Source of the DNA: Chloroflexota bacterium
GTDB lineage: Bacteria > Chloroflexota > UBA11872 > UBA12225
Direction of reading: 5' to 3'
Assembly: GCA_030447525.1 (NCBI GenBank)
Contig: JAUJOR010000013.1
Span: 39,981-103,980, forward strand
DNA length: 64,000 nt
Below, in pieces: positions 49,521 to 58,587 of the stretch (its first letter is position 1; every line of letters begins with the position of its first letter). The position numbers were made by a program, and so were the translations under genes. The notes beneath the pieces were generated by a model, which worked only from the letters and a program-made list of their open reading frames with translations, made no database searches and was not told the DNA's origin.

Positions 49521-50297
49521 GTGGGTGTACGTAAGAATGCCGGGCTGCTCACGGCGGCCGAGGCGACGACGCTACGCCAGGCCTTTGGCCGCGTCCTGGG
49601 GCTCGATGACGAGCGCGGATACCAGTACCAGGCCGGCATTCACGGGTTGCCCTTACCCACCTCGTGCCAGCACCATCACCCTTTGTTCCTCCCGTGGCAT
49701 CGGGCATATGTCTACTTGTTCGAGCGGGCGCTGCAGGATCAGGTGGCGAGCGTGGCGCTCCCGTGGTGGGACTGGACCTCCGCCGCCGCGCACCGGGAAG
49801 GGATGCCGGCCCCCTACACCGTCAGGACGGCGGACGGGACGCCTAACCCCCTCCTGGACGCCCCCATCACCGTCCTCACCGCCGCCCAACGCCGGCAGCT
49901 GGCGGCGAATGGCCTGATCACCTCCGGTACACGCCCCCGCACCTTCCGCGACCCGGAGGTGCCGGATGAGCTGCCCCGGGCCGCAACGATCAACAGCATC
50001 CTCCAGGCCCCTACGTTCGACGACTTTACGACGCGCCTGGAGAACGTCCACGACGCCGTCCACGTCTGGGTTGGGGGCTCCATGTCCGCCGTGCCGGTGG
50101 CCGCCTACGACCCCATCTTCTGGGCGCACCACTGCATGATCGATCGGCTGTGGTACCTCTGGCAGCTCAGGCACCCGGGGGCAGGACCGCCGGCGGCCCT
50201 GCTGCGCCAGGCGCTGGCCCCGTTCCCAATGACGGTTGCTGATACACTGGACATCGGGCGGTTGGGCTACAGTTACGCCGTCCAGGTGGTCTCGTAA
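49521..50297 (+). CDS. Tyrosinase (type-3 copper protein), short form
   Basis: CuA region GIHG...HHHPLFLPWHRAYVYLFE. CuB region HDAVHVWVGG...DPIFWAHHCMIDRLW. Confidence 0.9.
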   Translation: MGVRKNAGLLTAAEATTLRQAFGRVLGLDDERGYQYQAGIHGLPLPTSCQHHHPLFLPWHRAYVYLFERALQDQVASVALPWWDWTSAAAHREGMPAPYTVRTADGTPNPLLDAPITVLTAAQRRQLAANGLITSGTRPRTFRDPEVPDELPRAATINSILQAPTFDDFTTRLENVHDAVHVWVGGSMSAVPVAAYDPIFWAHHCMIDRLWYLWQLRHPGAGPPAALLRQALAPFPMTVADTLDIGRLGYSYAVQVVS

Positions 50298-50309
50298 GGG
50301 GGTGAGCCG

Positions 50310-50861
50310 ATGCCGGCAGCGGTGACCTTAGAGAAAGCAACGGCCCCCGGCGTGAGGATCGCCCCCCTCCGGTTTACAGTGGAGGACGGCCCGTTCACCC
50401 GCGCCGATCTGGTGTTCACCGGAGTGAGCCACAGCGACCTGTCCTACGAGGTCCGTGTGTTCCTCAACAACCCCCAGGCGGACGCCGGTACGCCCCGCGA
50501 TCCGGTGGGCCAGGGCTACGCCGGGCGGTTCGTCGTGTTCGGCCACGGGGGCTGCTACGGGGACGTCGGCCACTGCGACATCCCCGCGCCGTCCAGCGAT
50601 CCCACCGACCTGCGACTCCGGCATCCACTCACCCCGGCGACCAAGATTGTCACCATCACCGATGCCTTGCGCCGGGTGCTCGCCGAACAGCCGGAGGGGC
50701 TGCAGTCTGTGACACTCGTGGCCGTCTCGATGGCCCCACGCCGGAAGGATCGCGGCCCGACCGACACCCTGGCCACGTTCGACCAGCTGGAGCTGCAGAC
50801 CTACCTCTCGGCCACCGAGGCCAACGCCGTCGCCGGGGCGCTGCCGGTCGGCCCGGCGTAA
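50310..50861 (+). CDS. Stand-alone protein resembling the beta-sandwich C-terminal (lid) domain of long tyrosinases / polyphenol oxidases
   Basis: Lies 12 nt after the tyrosinase stop. The pattern ...DLSYEVRVFLNNPQADAGTP...GYAGRFVVFGHGGCYGDVGHCD... recalls tyrosinase C-terminal domains. The assignment is from memory of that family only. Confidence 0.45.
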   Translation: MPAAVTLEKATAPGVRIAPLRFTVEDGPFTRADLVFTGVSHSDLSYEVRVFLNNPQADAGTPRDPVGQGYAGRFVVFGHGGCYGDVGHCDIPAPSSDPTDLRLRHPLTPATKIVTITDALRRVLAEQPEGLQSVTLVAVSMAPRRKDRGPTDTLATFDQLELQTYLSATEANAVAGALPVGPA

Positions 50862-50926
50862 GCTCGCACCCCGGTCCAGACGACGCGCCACATGGCGGCG
50901 GGGCGCGCCTCTGGCCACTTCTACGG

Positions 50927-51952
50927 TCACGCCCCGAAGGCGAGCGGAACCACCTGTCGCTGTAGACGGCAGATGGAGTCCTGGACGCGCCCCGGCGGGA
51001 GCCCCTGCCAGCGGGGCTGAACGTGCAGGGCGGTGAATGACACCGCGGAGTAGAGGCGTCGCACCTCTTCCGCTACCGTCTCCGGCCCGCCGGCGACGAA
51101 TTGGACGCGATGGCATGCCTCCTCGAAGCTCTCCGGGGCCGGGAGGCCGGCAAACTGGGGGCGCTCTCGTCGCTGGCGCTCGACCATAATGGCCACCGCC
51201 GCGGCGGCCTCCTCTCGGGCCAGGGCGTCCGTTGCCCCGACGTACACCGGGCGGCTCACGGCGATGCGCCCGCCCTGCGGTGACCGACCGGCCACGCGGC
51301 GCCCGTGGTGGTAGGCCTCGACGATTGTGGCCATGCTGCTGGAGGCACGTTCGCGCGAGAGCATAACGCCGTAGCCACGGCGGCCGGCGAGATGGGACTG
51401 CCCCTCGCTGTTGGCGGCAATCCAGAGGAGGTCGCCCAGGGGACGGGTGGCCCGCGGCAGGAGGGGCGGCGCCTCCACGTCCACGTAGTGTCCATGGACG
51501 GAGATGGGATCGCCTCGCCAGGCCTGTTCGAGCACGTCCAGTCCCTCGGCAAAGCGGGCATGCCGCGCCGGCGCCTCGTGTCCCTCCGGCGAGACGCCAA
51601 AGGCGGCGAGCTCCGCCGGCGTGCTCCCGCTCCCCAACCCGATGGAGAGCCGGCCACCGCTGAGGACGTCTGCCGTGAGCAGGTCCTCCGCCAGGCGCAG
51701 CGGGTGGTGCAGCGCAGTGGTGAGCACCGCGCTGCCCAGGTGGATCTGCTGCGTGCGCCCCGCCAGGTGCAGCGCCAGGAGCAGTGGGTTGGGGAGGTGC
51801 CCGCGATGGACATGGAAGTGGTGCTCGGCGAACCAGGCGGCGTGATAGCCCAGCCCGTCCGCCAGCTCCACCTGCGCCCCCACCTCGGCGTACACAGCGG
51901 CGCTCGGCGCCTCCAGGTCGCCCTCGACGTGGTACGTCAGGATCGTCTGCAT
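50927..51952 (-). CDS. LLM-class (luciferase-like) flavin-dependent oxidoreductase
   Basis: GYHAAWFAEHHF, LGSAVL...HHPLRLAEDL, GRLSIGLGSG. Confidence 0.88.
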   Translation of the reverse strand: MQTILTYHVEGDLEAPSAAVYAEVGAQVELADGLGYHAAWFAEHHFHVHRGHLPNPLLLALHLAGRTQQIHLGSAVLTTALHHPLRLAEDLLTADVLSGGRLSIGLGSGSTPAELAAFGVSPEGHEAPARHARFAEGLDVLEQAWRGDPISVHGHYVDVEAPPLLPRATRPLGDLLWIAANSEGQSHLAGRRGYGVMLSRERASSSMATIVEAYHHGRRVAGRSPQGGRIAVSRPVYVGATDALAREEAAAAVAIMVERQRRERPQFAGLPAPESFEEACHRVQFVAGGPETVAEEVRRLYSAVSFTALHVQPRWQGLPPGRVQDSICRLQRQVVPLAFGA

Positions 51953-51955
51953 CTG

Positions 51956-52378
51956 CTAGAGGGGCTGGCGCCCGGCAAAGCCGGAGTCCAGCTCGTGCCA
52001 GTAGCGGATATCGTCTTCGCCCAGCCGCCAGCACAGATACACGATGCGCCCCTCGCGCAGGGCAGGGAAGTCCACCAGCCCGGTTTGCACGTCCTTGAGC
52101 TCGCAGCCGAGCGCGACCAGCGACTCAACCGCCTCTCGCAGCTCCGCCCCGATGCGGTTGCCTTCCCCCAGCGCCTCCTGCACCAGCCCCGCCTCTCCCT
52201 CCACCGCATGCTGACCCTGGCGCTTCTGCTCGCGGAACGATTGCAGCCGCCGCTGCAGCTCCGTCAGCCGAGTGGCGTGCGCCTGAGTCTGGCTGACCAG
52301 CGTCCGCACGCGGGGGAGTAGGGCGTTGGCCTCCTGGAGGGTGAAGAGACGTCTTGCCTCGGTAGCCGGATCCATCAC
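51956..52378 (-). CDS. DUF2203-family protein
   Basis: RLFTLQEANALLPRV..., ...GLVDFPALREGRIVYLCWRLGEDDIRYWHE. Confidence 0.8.
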   Translation of the reverse strand: MMDPATEARRLFTLQEANALLPRVRTLVSQTQAHATRLTELQRRLQSFREQKRQGQHAVEGEAGLVQEALGEGNRIGAELREAVESLVALGCELKDVQTGLVDFPALREGRIVYLCWRLGEDDIRYWHELDSGFAGRQPL

Positions 52379-52414
52379 CTTACCTATAAACGCATCCGGG
52401 CCTCGTACGACAAT

Positions 52415-53791
52415 CTAGGCGTGGACGGCGCCGGCATCGTGGGAGCGCATCATGGTGGGGTCGTTGCGCTGCGGATCCTGCGGCGCGGACCTCATCTCGT
52501 CGCCATCGGCCATCATGGCCATGGGCATATCCCCTTCGGTCCCTCCCCCAGCGGCCGGGCGGGGCTGGTTTGCGGCGCAGGGGGTGCCGAACCGAGGCAG
52601 CCCGAACGGGAGGTGCGTCCAGCCCCGTGCCAGGATGTGCAGGTGGTTGGCCGGGGTAGTGCGGCCAGGGGCGCCCCACATGGTGAAGGCGCGGGCGTTG
52701 GCGTAATGGCCAACAAGGGCGCGGCGCATCCGATCCTTGGACCGGTTGGTATGCGAGCGGTGCAGGATGTGCCCCCCGAAGAACACCACGTCGCCGGGAT
52801 CGGCCACCGCCGGCACCTCTCTCCCGGGGTACTTGGCGGCGATGCGGGACAGCGTGTTGACCTCGGTATCCGTGTTGCTCACGTTTTCCACGACCGTCAA
52901 GTCGCCGATGTTGGAGTGGTTCTGGTGCAACCGCTCCTCGGTGGGATAGATCGGCTCATGCTGCGTGCCCGGGGTGAACCAGACGCAGCCGTTCTCCTCG
53001 TCGGCACGGTCGACGGCCATCCAGGCCCCGCACAACGTGTCCGGGTAGATGGGGATGTAATACGAGTCCTGGTGGTATCCCTGCCCCGCGCCCCCAGGCG
53101 CCTTGATGAAGTACATCGTTTGCATGGCCATCACGTCCGGGCCGATGAGGGCCTCCAGGACGTCCAGGACGCGGGGGTGGAGCAAGTAGCGCTCTTCGAT
53201 CTCCAGGTGACGATGGAGCATGTGGATGCGGAGGTAACGCCGCTCAATCTCCTCGATAGACATGCCGGGCGTGGGGGGCTCGAGCTTGGGCACGTTCACC
53301 CGGCCGTACATCAGGTCCTCCGAGTGCCGCCGGAGCTCCGCCACCTCGTCCTGTGTGAGGAGCCCCTTGACCACGAGGAAGCCCTGCTCGTGGAAGCGCA
53401 CGTACTCCTCCACGGACACGACGTAGCGGATGCGCTCGCCGGAGAAGTCCGTCGCGATGCCATCAGGGCGCAGCCACTCCTGCGCCACGGGCTGCGCCTC
53501 GGCACCGGCCACGCCGGACGGGGCGACAAAGAGCCTCTCCTCCGCCCCCGGCGGCGCCGGGGGCGCCAGGGCGCCGACGGCCCCGTTCCGGCCGCTGGGG
53601 CGCGTCGCCGGCGGGCCGGCCATGGCGTCGCCCGCCGCCACGCTTGGCGCTTCCATCCCTGGGGCTTCCATGCCCCCGCCCTGGCCCCCGTCGAGGCCGG
53701 GAATACCCTCGATCTTCTCGGCCTGCAGGCCGCTCTGGCCGTCCTTCCCCGCGCCTTGGCTAGGTTTGCTGGACTGAGCGCTTCTGGTCAT
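52415..53791 (-). CDS. Phytanoyl-CoA dioxygenase (PhyH)-family Fe(II)/2-oxoglutarate oxygenase with low-complexity N-terminus and Met-rich C-terminal tail
   Basis: Core: ...FHEQGFLVVKGLL...YHQDSYYIP...GAWMAVDRADEENGCVWF.PGTQH...VFFGGHILHRSHTN.S. The first ~130 aa are Gly/Ala/Pro-rich. The tail is GDMPMAMMADGDEM...TMM. Confidence 0.82.
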   Translation of the reverse strand: MTRSAQSSKPSQGAGKDGQSGLQAEKIEGIPGLDGGQGGGMEAPGMEAPSVAAGDAMAGPPATRPSGRNGAVGALAPPAPPGAEERLFVAPSGVAGAEAQPVAQEWLRPDGIATDFSGERIRYVVSVEEYVRFHEQGFLVVKGLLTQDEVAELRRHSEDLMYGRVNVPKLEPPTPGMSIEEIERRYLRIHMLHRHLEIEERYLLHPRVLDVLEALIGPDVMAMQTMYFIKAPGGAGQGYHQDSYYIPIYPDTLCGAWMAVDRADEENGCVWFTPGTQHEPIYPTEERLHQNHSNIGDLTVVENVSNTDTEVNTLSRIAAKYPGREVPAVADPGDVVFFGGHILHRSHTNRSKDRMRRALVGHYANARAFTMWGAPGRTTPANHLHILARGWTHLPFGLPRFGTPCAANQPRPAAGGGTEGDMPMAMMADGDEMRSAPQDPQRNDPTMMRSHDAGAVHA

Positions 53792-54070
53792 GGGACCCTC
53801 TCTTCCTGGGAATGCGCGGCGCGTCGCCAGGGCGCAGGTGCGGCGCCCGACGGGCGTCCTGGCACCGTGTTACGCGCCGATGCCGTGGATGAAGAATGTA
53901 TCATGATCCGCCCTGGCGGATCGGCAATCATCCCCGTCGTAGGAGCCGCCCCAGCCGCTTGGTACTGGAGGTCTGTCTCCCTGCCGGCGCTGCCACGACC
54001 CGAGCCCTGGTCGGACCGCAGGGCTTCGCGCCGGAGAGCCGTAGCGCCCGCCGAGGGAACGGAGGCCCGG

Positions 54071-54154
54071 TTACTTGAAGTACGGGTCGCCCTTATCCTT
54101 GATCTCCTTGGCCACCTGGGCGGCGCTCATCTGACCGTTCCAGAACTGCTCCCC
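54071..54154 (-). pseudogene. Isolated C-terminal ~28 codons of an ABC substrate-binding protein gene
   Basis: GEQFWNGQMSAAQVAKEIKDKGDPYFK-stop, with no upstream SBP reading frame. Confidence 0.4.
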
Positions 54155-54548
54155 TCCGTCTCTCCTTTGCTATCGTGTGCTATCGTCCTAGTACCTGACC
54201 ACGCTGACGCTGCGGGCCAGATGCCAGGTTGGCGGGACGAGCGAAACCACGTTGGCGCGGCACTCGCCTTGGCGAACTGCTTCAGATGGTAGACCTTTTA
54301 CATCGTAGCCCAGAACCGTGTCCCGCGCTTGGCGCTCAACGAGACGCCGCCCGGATACGCCGCGCGCAGGGCGGTTGAAGCAAGGTCGCGGCCGAGTTTC
54401 ACCGCGGTTACAATGGTGGGGCGCCGGCCCCGGACTGCTACCGGCGACCGTGGGCACGCCTCCTGACCTGGGAATTGCCCGCGCCACAGGTGTGAGACGA
54501 TGCCGGCCGCGCCTAGTCTTAGGCGTGACCACGGCGCCGGAGGTATCA

Positions 54549-56156
54549 ATGGCTGCGCGCAAGCCGCGATCCGTGCCTGGGCCGGTCGTCCCCGTCGCCG
54601 GCGGGGCGCCGCGCGCGCGGCGCCCCCTGGTCGAGTCAACGACCGTGATCGAGCCCCTGCTCGACCCGAAGCAGCGTTCCGGCGTCGGCATGCCCGAGGA
54701 CGAGCGGACGCCGGGCCCGGTGATGGTCGAGCTCAACGTCCGGCACGCCCGCGGCCTGCCGGGTGCCCGGGAGCAGTTCGAGGCCCTGTGGCGGGAGGTG
54801 GTTGGTGGGACCGGGGGTGAGGGCGAGGCCTCGGCGCGGCGTCCGGAGACCGTGGGCGACACCTACTACCGCTGCGAGCTGAGCATGGAGGAGGTGCGAG
54901 CGGTCGTCGCCCGCGACCGCGCGGCCCCCACCGCCGAGCGGGCGATCTACCGGGTGTGGCCGGACTTCTCAGTCCGGGCACAGCTCGACCGCTCCGTGGC
55001 CACGGTCAAGGCCGACGCGGCGCGGCGCGCCTTTGCCGCTGCCGGGGCGGGAGTCGTCTGGGCGGTTGTGGACTCGGGGATCGATGGAACCCACCCGCAC
55101 TTCCAGCTGCACCGCACGCTGCAGGACGCGGCGGCCGGCCTGCACCGCGACTTCACTGCCCGGACGCCTGATGCGGGGGCGCCCCTTACCGACGCCTTTG
55201 GCCACGGGACGCACGTGGCGGGCATCCTCGCCGGCGGGCTGCCGGACCGGCTGCCGCGCGGCGTCCGGCTGAAGGTCGGCCAGCACACGGCGCAGGACCT
55301 GTTCGGCGTCGGCGAGCGCGGCGCCGATGGGCAGGACGAGGGGGACGTCGGGGGGCTGTTCGAGCGGGTCGAGGAGCGGGAGGTGGCCGAGCCGGGGCGT
55401 CTCACCGGCGTGGCGCCGGCCTGCAAGCTGGTCAGCCTCAAGGTGCTGGACGACGGGGGGAATAGCCGCGCCTCGGACGTGATCCGCGCCTTGCAGTACG
55501 TCCGCGAGGAGCTCAACGGCAACGGCAAGCTGCTGCGCGTCCACGGCGTCAACTTGAGCCTGGGCTACGAGTTCAACGCCCGCTGGTTTGCCTGCGGGCA
55601 GAGCCCCCTGTGCGCTGAGGTCGACCGCCTGGTGCGCTCCGGCGTGGTCGTGGTCACCGCCGCCGGCAACACCGGCTACGGGCGCCTCACCACCCCGGAC
55701 GGCTTCACCGACACGACGCTCGACCTGACCATCAACGACCCCGGCAACGCCGCGCTGGCCATCACGGTGGGGGCGACACATCGCGACCTCCCCCAGACCT
55801 ACGGTGTCTCCTACTTCTCCTCCAAAGGGCCCACCGGCGACGGGCGGCGCAAGCCGGACCTGGTGGCGCCGGGGGAGCGCATCACCTCCTGCGCCGCCGG
55901 GCAGCGCCTGGCCACGCTGTGGGGAGCCCGCCCCCCCAAAGGGGCTGCCTCCTACCTGGACGACAGCGGCACCAGCATGGCAGCGCCCCACGTCTCGGGT
56001 GCCGTGGCCGCCTTTCTGTCCGTGCGCCGGGAGTTCGTCGGCCGGCCTGAGGAGATCAAGCGCCTCTTCCTTGAACATGCCACTCCCCTGGGGCGCGACC
56101 CGCACTTCGAGGGGCGTGGACTGCTCGACCTGATGCGCGTCCTCCAGGCCGTCTAG
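54549..56156 (+). CDS. S8-family (subtilisin-like) serine peptidase, cytoplasmic, with uncharacterised ~190-aa N-terminal region
   Basis: Catalytic triad contexts VWAVVDSGIDGTHPHF (D), FGHGTHVAGILAG (H), GTSMAAPHVSGAVA (S). RBS GGAGGT before the ATG at 54549. No signal peptide. Confidence 0.9.
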   Translation: MAARKPRSVPGPVVPVAGGAPRARRPLVESTTVIEPLLDPKQRSGVGMPEDERTPGPVMVELNVRHARGLPGAREQFEALWREVVGGTGGEGEASARRPETVGDTYYRCELSMEEVRAVVARDRAAPTAERAIYRVWPDFSVRAQLDRSVATVKADAARRAFAAAGAGVVWAVVDSGIDGTHPHFQLHRTLQDAAAGLHRDFTARTPDAGAPLTDAFGHGTHVAGILAGGLPDRLPRGVRLKVGQHTAQDLFGVGERGADGQDEGDVGGLFERVEEREVAEPGRLTGVAPACKLVSLKVLDDGGNSRASDVIRALQYVREELNGNGKLLRVHGVNLSLGYEFNARWFACGQSPLCAEVDRLVRSGVVVVTAAGNTGYGRLTTPDGFTDTTLDLTINDPGNAALAITVGATHRDLPQTYGVSYFSSKGPTGDGRRKPDLVAPGERITSCAAGQRLATLWGARPPKGAASYLDDSGTSMAAPHVSGAVAAFLSVRREFVGRPEEIKRLFLEHATPLGRDPHFEGRGLLDLMRVLQAV

Positions 56157-56212
56157 ACGAGAGAGCCGGCAGGGCCGGCGTGGCGCGAAATCGAGAGCGG
56201 AGGGAGCGAGCT

Positions 56213-57538
56213 ATGCCCGAGCAGGTGGCGGGGTTCCCATTCTGGGAGGTGACGTTCGACGAGCGGGGGGCGCTGGCGCGCCCGGCCGAGGCCGAGGCGC
56301 TGCTCGGCGAGCTGCCGAGCGCGGGCGTCACCGACTTGCTGGTGATGGCCCACGGCTGGAACAGTACGCGGGAGACGGCGCGAGACCTCTACAGCCGCTT
56401 CTTCGCCCAGGTGCGGGCGGTGCTGGAGCGCCCCGGGGTGCGCCAGACGCCGCGGACGACCATCGGCATCGTGGGGGTGATCTGGCCGTCCATGCGCTGG
56501 CCGGACGAGCCCCTGCCGGCGCGCGGCGGCGGGGGAGCCGCCCGCCTCCGGCGGGCACCGGCGGACTCAACGCAGGTGCGCGCCCTCAAGGCCGTCTTCA
56601 CCGCCCCGGAGCAGCGCCGGGCGCTGGACGAGCTGGCCCGGCTCCTGGCCACCCGCCCGGCCGATCCCAAAGCGCTGGCTCGCTTCCAGCAGCTCCTCCG
56701 CCCGCTGGTGGCAGGGGCCGACGCCGCGCCGGCGGTCGAGGACAATGGCGAGCAAGCCCTGCTGACGGCCCACCCCCAGCGGGTGTTCGCCCACTTCTCG
56801 GCCGTCGGGCCACGCCGGCGCCGCCAGGGCGCGGCCGGCTTCAGCAATCCGTTCGCCACCCTCTGGGATGGCGCCAAGGAGGCCCTACGTGCCGCGACGT
56901 ACTGGGAGATGAAGAAGCGCGCCGGCCTGGCGGGGAAAGACGGCCTCGGCCCCTTGCTGGGGCGGCTGCGCGCCGCCCAACCCCGCCTCCGCCTGCACCT
57001 GCTGGGACACAGCTTCGGGGCGCGCCTGGTCTCCTTCTCGCTCACCGGTATGCCCGCAGACGGGGCGGCCTCATCGCCCGTCAAGTCGGTCATCCTGCTC
57101 CAGGGGGCGTTCTCCCACTTCGCCTTCACCCCCGCCCTGCCCCACGACCGCGCCCGCGGGGGGGCGCTGGCCGGAGCGGAGCGGCGAGTAGACGGCCCGG
57201 TCGTCGTGACCCACTCGCAGCGGGACACGGCGCTAGGCGAGCTGTACCCTCTGGCCTCGCTCGTCGGCCGGGACGACGCGGCGGCGGCCGACGACCTGCT
57301 CTTCCGCTGGGGCGCCATCGGCTATGACGGGGCGCAGGCCGTCCCGGCGGGCGCCGCCCGGCTGGGCGCGGTGGGGCAAGCGTACCCCTTCGCCGCCGGG
57401 GCGATCTTGAACCTGGACGGGAACGCGTTGATCGCCACCGGCGGGCCGCCGTCCGGCGCCCACGGCGACATCTTTGACCCGGAGACCGCCTGGGCGTCGC
57501 TCGCCGCCGCCGACCTCGTCGTGGGCGGCGCGGTCTAG
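56213..57538 (+). CDS. Alpha/beta-fold hydrolase (GxSxG serine hydrolase) of unknown specificity
   Basis: LLVMAHGWNS, then the nucleophile elbow LLGHSFGARL. 441 aa from the ATG at 56213, preceded by GGAGGGAG (the listed ORF begins at the GTG at 56180). No signal peptide. Confidence 0.75.
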   Translation: MPEQVAGFPFWEVTFDERGALARPAEAEALLGELPSAGVTDLLVMAHGWNSTRETARDLYSRFFAQVRAVLERPGVRQTPRTTIGIVGVIWPSMRWPDEPLPARGGGGAARLRRAPADSTQVRALKAVFTAPEQRRALDELARLLATRPADPKALARFQQLLRPLVAGADAAPAVEDNGEQALLTAHPQRVFAHFSAVGPRRRRQGAAGFSNPFATLWDGAKEALRAATYWEMKKRAGLAGKDGLGPLLGRLRAAQPRLRLHLLGHSFGARLVSFSLTGMPADGAASSPVKSVILLQGAFSHFAFTPALPHDRARGGALAGAERRVDGPVVVTHSQRDTALGELYPLASLVGRDDAAAADDLLFRWGAIGYDGAQAVPAGAARLGAVGQAYPFAAGAILNLDGNALIATGGPPSGAHGDIFDPETAWASLAAADLVVGGAV

Positions 57539-57727
57539 CCCCGCCGGCTCGCCCTGCGCCTGGCCATCTGATGTGCCTTCCGGCGCCCCACCATGGCCAG
57601 CCGGGCGGTGGACACCGTCGTCCCGGCAGGGAGGGACACGGGGGCAGGGATGGCCACAGGTAAGATGGGTGAAGGTACGCTGCCGCAGCTGAGGCTGGGG
57701 CAGAGGACGCGGCGGTGGCCACGGCCA

Positions 57728-57751
57728 TCGTCTGATCATTCGTCTGATCAT
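57728..57751. repeat. 12-bp perfect tandem repeat TCGTCTGATCAT x2 immediately upstream of an RBS
   Basis: Copies at 57728-57739 and 57740-57751, followed by AAGGAGGG and the GTG start at 57766. Confidence 0.9.
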
Positions 57752-57765
57752 AAGGAGGGAATGCC

Positions 57766-58587
57766 GTGCTGTTGACGTCGCGTGAGCAGATCCTGGCGCT
57801 GACGCAGCCCTGGGAGGGGGAGCGGTTCCCGGACGGGCGGCCTCGCGTGCCGGATGATGTCCTGGAGCGCATGAAGCTGGTGACCACCGAGGAGGCCTGG
57901 GGCGTGCTGCGACAGCACGGCTACCACTTCCAGTTCGCCGGCGACTGGCTTAACCTGCACCCGGGTACCGTCCTGGTGGGACGTGCCGTGACGGGGCAGT
58001 TCATGCCCGCGCGCCCGGATGCCCACGGCGCCGTGCAGGCGCGTGGCGAGGCCGAGGGACAGGTCGGCGGGCAGAACTCCTGGGTGATCGACACGCTCGT
58101 GGAGGGCGACTGTATCGTCATCGACCTCTTCGGCAAGGTCAAGAACGGGACGTTTGCCGGCGACAACCTGGGCACCAGCATCCATGCCAAGAGCAAGACG
58201 GGAATGGTGATCGACGGGGGCGTGCGGGACGTGCAGCGCCTGTACGACATCCCGGACTTCGCCATCTTCGTCCGTGGCATCGACCCGACGGCGATCGCCG
58301 ATGTCACCCTGATGGGGATCAACGTCCCCATCCGCATCGGCGGGGCCACCGTGCTCCCGGGAGACGTGGTGCTGGGGACGCGCACTGGCGTGATCTTTAT
58401 CCCGCCGCACCTGGCGCAGGCGGTGGTGGAGCGCTCAGAGGACGTCCGGCTGCGTGACGCGTTCGGCCACCAGCGTCTGCGCGAGGGACGCTACACCCCC
58501 GGCCAGATCGATCGTAAGTGGCCCGAAGAGATCGAGGCGGACTTCGCCAGCTGGCGCAGCGCGCGGGAAAGCACCCCAGGGACATAG
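57766..58587 (+). CDS. RraA-family protein (RraA / 4-hydroxy-4-methyl-2-oxoglutarate aldolase-like)
   Basis: ...GRAVTGQFMP..., ...GDCIVIDLFG...FAGDNL..., ...GMVIDGGVRDV..., ...GDVVLGTRTGVIFIP. Confidence 0.85.
   Translation: MLLTSREQILALTQPWEGERFPDGRPRVPDDVLERMKLVTTEEAWGVLRQHGYHFQFAGDWLNLHPGTVLVGRAVTGQFMPARPDAHGAVQARGEAEGQVGGQNSWVIDTLVEGDCIVIDLFGKVKNGTFAGDNLGTSIHAKSKTGMVIDGGVRDVQRLYDIPDFAIFVRGIDPTAIADVTLMGINVPIRIGGATVLPGDVVLGTRTGVIFIPPHLAQAVVERSEDVRLRDAFGHQRLREGRYTPGQIDRKWPEEIEADFASWRSARESTPGT

Noticed and set aside
54188-54548. A possible transposase or integrase relic upstream of the S8 protease (minus-strand frames such as ...TIVTAVKLGRDLASTALRAAYPGG... and ...VLGYDVKGLPSEAVRQGECRANVVSLV...).
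   Set aside because: No motif I can tie to any transposase or recombinase family. The composition is not convincingly coding. It is left as unexplained debris pending blastx.
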